From NCBI RefSeq assembly GCF_009914755.1, contig NC_060929.1: a stretch of 64,000 nt of DNA; one strand, given 5' to 3'. Shown here piece by piece: positions 55,757-64,000 of this stretch. Position numbers and translations under genes: made by a program. This DNA is from the human T2T-CHM13v2.0 reference genome, Homo sapiens. The notes under the pieces are model-generated. The model did not search any database. It saw only the letters and a program-made list of their open reading frames with translations, and was not told the origin of the DNA. Positions within the stretch are counted from its first letter, which is position 1. Each line of letters opens with the position of its first letter.

Positions 55757-58142
55757 AAGCCACATAGTGCATATGTCTAAGCACATACAGACATACCACA
55801 CAAACTAACAAAGCATGCCAACATACACAGAGGCACAAACATGGAATAAATATGATGCATAATTTTTCACAAAGAGCTGTGCAATATCCCCTGTACTTTC
55901 TTCTCTAAAAGGTTAAACATGCAGCACTAGGAACCATGACAGTCCCATAAAAGTGGTCAATGTTAATTTCAAATTTGTTGTAAGTTCTGCTCTATTGTGC
56001 CTGGCCAGGTTTCAGGATAGCCTGACATCCCAGCTAATAATGGTGTCAATGAAAGGAGAGGGTTCACATTACGCCTAGAATACCAGTAATTAGAGGAAGG
56101 GCCTGAGTTTTTATGACAAAATTGGTGGTTGTTGGGTGTTGGGTTGGAAGAGGTTACTTATTTGCTTCTAAACAGACCTGAATAATCTATATCTTCTTCT
56201 AAGCCATGATTTCATATGTGAAAAAATCATTAGTATGTAATTTGGGTGTAACTTTACCTCCGTATTTTCATCTAACTCAAGGTTCAAGATGGGATACAGT
56301 GTTTCTTTAACTGGCGACCCTTTTTTTGTTTCTTTGCCCCTGTCAGAGGCAGCTCTGGAACTACAGAGACACTTTGGGTCTTTGCACACCTGGATTGAAC
56401 ACCATACACAGCGACAAAACTCTAGGGGCAAAGAAGGCCTGAGATTTCCTTGGGAATCAATCTGCATACAAGGTCACAGCTCTGTGGGCTGAGTTCTTAG
56501 GGCAGACAATTCTCACCTGCCTTAGTTTGCGGGAAGAAAACACCTCTCCATTTATTGGAGTGTACCAAGACTTCCATATGGTTAGATATTTTATTGTTAA
56601 TATTTTCTTTCTCCCTGTAATCCTATCTTAGCTTCAGAGCTAATTATTACAATGGACATAAAAAGGAACAACATTTGAAAAACTAGATACTTGAAAAGTT
56701 TGAAGTGGATTTTCCAGGGTTGCTATTATGGCTCCTCTTTGATGAGCATTCGACCATTTCAGACTCTGCCTTCATTTGTTTTTTCTACTTGCCTACAAAA
56801 CTCAGAAGATAGCATTACCATGTGACTATACAAATCCTACAAAAGCTTAATTTTTTTTTTCTCTAAAGACTGTATATCTACATCTGGAAATTCTTTATGT
56901 AGTTCTGACACAAGGATTTCGCTCAAATATCAGGGACGGGATTCAAATCAGAGTTCCCCAAGAAACAAACAACATAAAAAATGGCTCCTATTCATTTTTT
57001 TTTTGCCATATTCTTCATTCTGTCATTGAATTATCATTAAGAAATAATAGCCTTAGGATTTAAATGTCTAGACAAAGATTCCTGTTTTATAAACCCAGAG
57101 TTTATAGAGTTTAATTTTGTGTGTATATGGCTGAGAGTTTAATTCTTTCAACTTATGTGTTAGAGATGTTAGAGAGCTAAACATGCTGCCTAAAAAAAAA
57201 TCACTCAAAAATTTAAAGGAAATTAAGAAGAGAGCTCCAAACATGTTTTTATTACATGTCTATTAGGAAAGTACTTGCATTGCACTTCATCTGGCAGGGA
57301 ACATACTGCCCAGTTCAGTCTTTTGGGTTTGTTTGTTTTTTTCTGGGATCTGTGAATGTCTAGTTCAAGGACTAACACCCTTCACGTCCCCTAATACATT
57401 AGAGAGAAGTTCACAGTGAAGAAAGGGCAGTGCTTTTTTGTTATGTGAAAACTGAGCAACGTCTGATGCTCAAGAAAATGGCTTCAAAGTACGGTCTGGA
57501 GTCACACGTCACACAGCCACACATGGTGTGCAACAGTACAGACTAGCAGACCAATAAGTCAAGTGATTACATGGTGCCCCTGTCTCTGGGTGTTTGCACA
57601 ATTTTCATGCAGTGAAGATGCTGAAAATGCTGCATAGTGGTCAAGGGCCATGGCAATGCTTTGCTGGGGACAAAAGGGTGGGAATGTCATAAGCAAAACT
57701 TGAAATGATTTCAACATGGTTGATGTTGAAAGCATTAACTTTTAACCTACTCTTGAAAAGATTCAAAATGACTTCATAGAATCAACTAACAGCAATCGAA
57801 GGAGGTTTCATGTTCTCTTGACAAAGCCGGACCAAGAAAGAAAAGAAAGATGATATGTACTTTTCCTTTGGAATCATGAAATGTGGCATTCAACTTTTTC
57901 TCCGTCCAGGACTGGTGTTTTCTGCAGTGTGTCACAGGAAAAAGGCACTTGGTTTAGGGTGTGTACGTGTGTGTATGTGTGTAAAAGTAAGGCAAAAATG
58001 GAAGACACCAGAACTCTGGCCGCCGTATGGAAGAAAATGCAGAATGCTGTCTGCTCTGGTTGCTCTATAAAGATATCAACCCAGGAGGAGACAGCTGAAA
58101 AGTGCTTTTCCCAGCAGAGAGGGCTTCACAAGGCGCAGTGAG

Positions 58143-58177
58143 ATCCCCCTGGGAATAGAACAATTTGCATAACAATG
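58143..58177. promoter_or_regulatory. Candidate enhancer core: EBF palindrome plus Oct-Sox composite motif
   Basis: ATCCCCCTGGGAAT at 58143-58156 and ATTTGCATAACAATG at 58163-58177. Function is inferred from motifs only. Confidence 0.55.
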
Positions 58178-58437
58178 TGCTGTTGCTTATCCGGGAGGAC
58201 CCAAAGGATCTGGATACCCTGAGAGAATACACCACACTTTTCAGTCCAGCCCACTAGAGAGAAAGGCATTGCCATTCAGTCTGTGGGGTCACAGGAGGGA
58301 ATACCCGCCCCCGACCTTTTAACATCATTTCATTGCATGAAATCCTTGAGACCCTCCTATTTCCTCTTCTCCAAACATTCTGTTTTCCTATATTAGTAGT
58401 GTTCTCTTTTTTTTCCCTAATTGGCCCAGATCCTAAT

Positions 58438-58440
<3 letters not shown>

Positions 58441-58473
<33 letters not shown>
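58441..58473. repeat. (CA)16 microsatellite
   Basis: Direct reading. Confidence 0.98.
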
Positions 58474-58477
<4 letters not shown>

Positions 58478-59256
58478 TGTTGTTTGTTTTGTTTTGTTTT
58501 GATCTTTTGGGACCTACCCAAATCCAAGGTCTCCCCATCCCCTTTTCACTTCACTCTGCCTTTTCATCCAGGCCAGTGACTTGGAATCATGCATGACATA
58601 TTCACTACTTGATCTTGTGAACACTGGAAAGACTGTCTTTATTCTTTCATGAAGATAATTGGAGAGTCTATTCTCTGTGCTCTAGGGGATACCTATTTTG
58701 TTTGCCTTTCTTTTGAATGAGAAAGAGGCATGTCTGAGGGTGATATTTATTCCTGCTGTTTTGTTTTGGGGACCAGGTAGGGAGGCTGTTGAAGAAAGCC
58801 AAGAAAACCCAGAGAAGGCAAAACTCTAATTCCACAATATGCCAAATACTCATAAAGAGCAAGATTTCATGCTCCAAAGCTGCCACTGTGTATCAACAAG
58901 CAGTGCACTTCATGCCAAAACAAAGTTTTTTTTCCAAAGCACATTGGCAAGGACTAGATTTAGAGAGCCCACAACAGAAGTGTGCATGCCCTCCACTTCA
59001 ACCAAAGGCAAAATAGCATTTGGCCATGTTATTAAAAATACACTGTTCATAATTGAGGTGATGTGAACATTCTGCTCCCCTCCTCCAGAAAGGACTGGGC
59101 ATTTCTGGAGTTCCACCATTACTAGATGTCATAATTTAGGACAAGAAAATAAAGTTAGTAATAGGAAGCAATAAAATTTCATTTAGCATCTGCTATAGAC
59201 TGTGGATGACATTAGGCATTTTCAAATATCATCACCATCTGAAGATTAAGAAATCT

Positions 59257-59553
59257 GGCCAGGTGCAGTGGCTCAAGCTTGTATTACCAGCACTTTAGGA
59301 GGTCAAGGCAGGAAGATCCCTGGAGCTCAGGAGTTCAAGAGCAGCCTGGGCAACATGGCAAAACCCCATCTCTACAAAAAATTAGCTGGGCACTGTGGTA
59401 CTCACCCATAGTCCCAGCTATTCAGGAGGCTAAGGTAAGAAAATCACCTGAGCCCAAGAGGTCAAGGCTTCAGTGAGCCATGATTGCACCACTGTACTCC
59501 AGCCTGGGCAACAGAGTGAGACCCTGTCTCAAAAAGAAAAAGAAAGAAAAAAG
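59257..59553 (+). mobile_element. Alu (AluJ-like), apparently inserted in a MIR
   Basis: ggccaggtgcagtggctc...gaggtcaaggcttcagtgagccatgattgcacc; agaaatct on both flanks. Confidence 0.93.
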
Positions 59554-60947
59554 AATGAGAAATCTGAGGCTTGCCCACTAGCCCACAACCACATAGCAAG
59601 GTCTGAAACCTGAACCAACATCTGGTTCACCTAATGCCCTGGCTCTTTGTACTTGTTTATATTTAACATAGAGTGGACAGGGCATCAGAGGACTCTGCAA
59701 GATCATGAGGAGAATATTTGAAGGAATATTTAGTCTGATAGAGAGAAGTCTTGATGAAACAAGATAGCTGTTTCCAAATATTTGAACTATTTACTCTTTG
59801 TACGAAGCAGCAAACTTACAATTAAAAAGTCTATAGGACAGACTGGGACCAAAGCCTGAAAATTCAGTCAAGAAGGAACACTCTAATACGACAGAAGGAA
59901 AAAAATACTCTCTAATAGTGAAGGGGCTGCCTTACAAGATGAATTCCCTATCACAGCACACATTCTAGAAAAGACCAGGCACTACTTGGAAGAAATATCA
60001 GATAAGTGAGGTGCTCATCTAGCTGCTACTACTTTCCCTTCAAGCCTTAGGGTCTAAGACCAGCATAAGCTTGGAGAGGTTCAACTTCTGACATGCAGAT
60101 TGCTGCAGAAGACAAATTAAGACATTAAAACCAAATGCCAGGTAGTTAGAAAAAACAAAGTTCTGCATGAGAACAAATCTGCATGACCATCCCCTCCTGA
60201 CTTAAAAAATAATAATTAAATAAAGTTCTAGACACATTTGGGCTCCCTTGGAAAAAAATGCCATACAATTGCATTAACACAACTGTTGCTATTAGGAATA
60301 TTTACCTAATAATAATAATATGTAGAACAATCAAAATAGGGAGGAAATAGCCAGAAAGTCATTCTTGCAGATGGTCACATGTCTAGGGAGGCAGAAATAA
60401 GAAATGTTTAACAAGCAGTCTTCTTTAAGTTATGACAAATGATGCTCTGACTTTATAAAACCCCCTGGCCAAGGATCTGAAGTCCATCCCCATAGGTGGA
60501 AACAGGAATGATAGAATCATAAAATGTTACAATGGAGAACCTCTAATTCAGTCATGTCTTTCCACAGATGGGGAGATAGAAGCTCAGATAGCTTAGTGGA
60601 TTTGCTCAATGACGCACAGTTCATTCATTGCAGAGTTGGGGCCACAACCTTCCTCAGACCTAGCCTTACGATCCAGGATCTCTTCCTACAGCAATGCACC
60701 AAATTCATTTTTCTAGAATTGAACTAAAAACAAAACAAAACAAAAACCCAGACAGCACCAGCTTGGAACAGTCAGGTCCAATGGGATCAAAGCCTAAAAG
60801 AAGGCAGGTAGTTACCACAGCAGGTGCAGAGCACTTGGTGGAATTGCAGCCATGGCTTTTCTAAGAATATGGAAAGTCAGTGGAAAGAATTTTACAAAAC
60901 ATACTTCACAACCTAATTCTGTTGCCAAAACAGACACTAATAAGTAG

Positions 60948-61354
<407 letters not shown>

Positions 61355-61849
61355 CTGTTTTTGGTCTTTTCTGATTTTGGTGATAGAATGGAAGGAAATG
61401 AGAATGCAAGACATTCATATCTGAATTTTAATTTTAAAACCTGCTTAGCACACAATTCACTCTTGTCAAGTGAACTGTCGAAAGCTCCTAAGAACTACAT
61501 AATTTATTCCTGGGCCACCACCCAGTGTACAAACATAGGCATTTACTCTGTGGGATACACTGGTAGATGAAACAATGATCTTATTTCATCTTCAATCATG
61601 CTTCACTTTTCTTTTCTGTGTGTACATTTTTGGAGGAACTATTAGTTAATCAGAGCCCTGCTACATACCATTAATTCAGTTCAATACAATGGGTATGTGC
61701 TAAGCTGTTACAATATGCCAGGCACTGTCCCTGGGTGTAGACCAGAAATCTCCCAGAGCACATTCCCTTTGAATAACAAAACAAGCTAATATTTTGGCTT
61801 TATCAAAAGCCATACCTTTGTCCAGGGCTCTTCAGTCAAGAATGACACT

Positions 61850-61851
<2 letters not shown>

Positions 61852-61880
<29 letters not shown>
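61852..61880. repeat. Poly(T) run (29 nt)
   Basis: Direct reading; no attached Alu body seen. Confidence 0.95.
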
Positions 61881-61883
<3 letters not shown>

Positions 61884-62253
61884 GCTAATCAACATTACAA
61901 GATCCACAATGGCTTAAAACAACCTGAAAACCTTCATTCATTAATGATAGTCAATTTCTCCCTCAACTCTGACTTACTATAGTGGAAATGGGACTCCTGT
62001 GCCATTAGAAATGATTTTCATCAATACAAGTGAACCTTCAATTAGAAAAGCCGACTGACCAGAACCCTAGTTAGTGGGGATTTTACTGTCTAAAGACAAA
62101 GATAAGTGAATTGCCCAAAAGTGCACGTCTTTACCCCCACTAGCATCTTAGATTCTACATCCTCTTTTTATGCATCACTCAACCCTTCCATTCCCTTTGA
62201 CTCTATAGAATACACAGCTCTCTAGAGTGATTCGCCACATTTTGGCATTGCCA

Positions 62254-62770
62254 CAGTGTTCCCTGAACTTCAATCACTCATAACAGCACCTTCAGAGTTT
62301 TTGCCATTTTTACCTATAATAATATTCACTTAATATTTTATGTATACTGACTCATTTCCTTTTATCCCTAATAAACTTATTTTTGAATGACACTTTCCAT
62401 TCCTACTATGAATGAAAACCCATACTACTTATCTGAGATAAAAGAAAGCAACATAATTAAAAGTGAATGTAAACAAAATTTTAAAAATTTACTAAATTTT
62501 GGCTAGATACTGTTGCCTACCACAGGGTACTCATTGAAAACCAAGATGAAGCAAATGTGAGGGAGGTGTTAAAGACAGATTCCCACCAAACAAGGACTTT
62601 GGCCTCATCAGGAAAACTAAAAGAAATTTTAAATAAGATGATTTCCTTATCACCTAATTCAGTGCTATTTAAAGACACCTACAGGTACCACTTAAAAGCA
62701 TCCAGCAGTATGTAGGTATACAGTGAGAAGTACCACCACCAGCAGTATGCAGATCAACAGTGAGAAGCTG
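62254..62770. mobile_element. Old hAT-Charlie remnant (MER113-like)
   Basis: cagtgttccctgaacttcaatcact start and ggtaccac / gtaccaccacc end resemble the recalled consensus. Confidence 0.45.
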
Positions 62771-63885
62771 CGAGTTGGCTAATATAGGTATGGGAAAGCT
62801 CACATCACACACATAAGGGAACACAACCTGTATGATGGAAAGAAGGCTAGAGAGAAAATATTGATCAGCCTAAAGAGAGGAGATGGAGGATTGTTTGTTA
62901 GTGATTTGTATAGAGTTGGAAGTTCCTAGGCCAGAGGAAAATTCATGAGTTTCCACTGGTAGAGGAGAAAACTAGAATATATCAGCAGATTATGAGCTGC
63001 CATGAATTTTTCTGTTTTTCCTCTTTAAACATGGATACTGATAATGAAATACCAGAAAAGTACACTCTGTGGTGAATCTGGCTTTTGATATTTATTAACA
63101 TTAAATGGACTTTTGCAACTAAATAACACCAAAAAAAGAGAGAGGAGATACAACTATAGTATGTTCCTATAGCATGTTCCTACCCTCAAATAAATATCAA
63201 GAATATAATCTATGTGGAAGAAAGATCAAGTTGGCAGAAAAGGGAAAGGAGAATTAGGAAAGCAAAATAAATAGGTGCAGAGAAACTGTCACACAAGTGA
63301 ATTGAGACTCAGTATTTAATTAGGGACAGCAAGCTTGCAAGGCTCTTGGTAAATGTCTACCGAAACCAACCACGTGTTGGTTAACACTGAGACATACAAA
63401 CTGATCAATAGTACAAAACAAAAGGGCTCAGGTATGCATGTAAAGTCATACATCATTTCAATAAATTACGCTGTGTGTAGACAGGTTTTTTTTAGAACGA
63501 TCATTCTGAGATCAAGAGCTAAATCATCTCAGCCACATCTTGATTTCTGCAAGACTCGGCAGGAATTATGAGGCTTAACAGCATTCTGACAATTAGCATA
63601 TTATAAATACAAAAATGATATATTAAAGGGAGAGGAGGAAAAAAAAGGCCAGTGTTTTACACCTACAGTAATATAATTCCACTACTTAATGCAAAGTAAC
63701 AGGCCTCAGAGTGTTTGGGATCCTCTTGTATGGTGTTATCTTCTCTATCAGTAAATGAGACTATGTGAACAGTACAACCTATAAATAATTCAAGGCCTGA
63801 GATGGCAATTATAGAACCATGCACAACTAGCATGAATATTTTATGAAGGCTAAAACAGCTCTCAGAATGAATCATGGAGAGATGA

Positions 63886-63904
63886 ACACACACAAGCACA
63901 CACA

Positions 63905-63945
<41 letters not shown>
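63886..63945. repeat. Interrupted (CA)n microsatellite
   Basis: Direct reading. Confidence 0.97.
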
Positions 63946-63946
<1 letters not shown>

Positions 63947-64000
63947 AGGCAGTTTTGGCCAAATTGTATTTCCAAGACAAGGCCTCTCTTTGATCTCTAG

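Overview
Primate, almost certainly human, genomic DNA (dense Alu/MIR/L2/MER/MaLR content, including a human-specific AluYa5). The whole window lies inside the EBF1 (COE1/Olf-1) transcription-factor gene, transcribed on the minus strand. Only two coding exons are present: 28947-29028 (82 nt, [27 protein letters not shown]) and 12087-12228 (142 nt, [11 protein letters not shown]...[13 protein letters not shown]), the latter with an alternative donor that removes 8 aa. The rest is intron and all other listed ORFs look spurious. I see no new protein-coding or RNA system. The best leads are non-coding: (1) an exact 15/15 Oct-Sox composite motif 6 bp from a near-consensus EBF palindrome at 58143-58177, a possible autoregulatory enhancer; (2) a 148-bp, 97%-identical direct duplication 1,285 bp apart (46184-46331 / 47469-47616); (3) a near-consensus AluYa5 about 0.5 kb upstream of the 82-nt exon; (4) a ~735-bp polypurine tract grown from an Alu tail; (5) several repeat-free homeodomain/TALE motif clusters that look like conserved enhancers. 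Repeat subfamilies and the boundaries of old repeats were judged by eye and are approximate.
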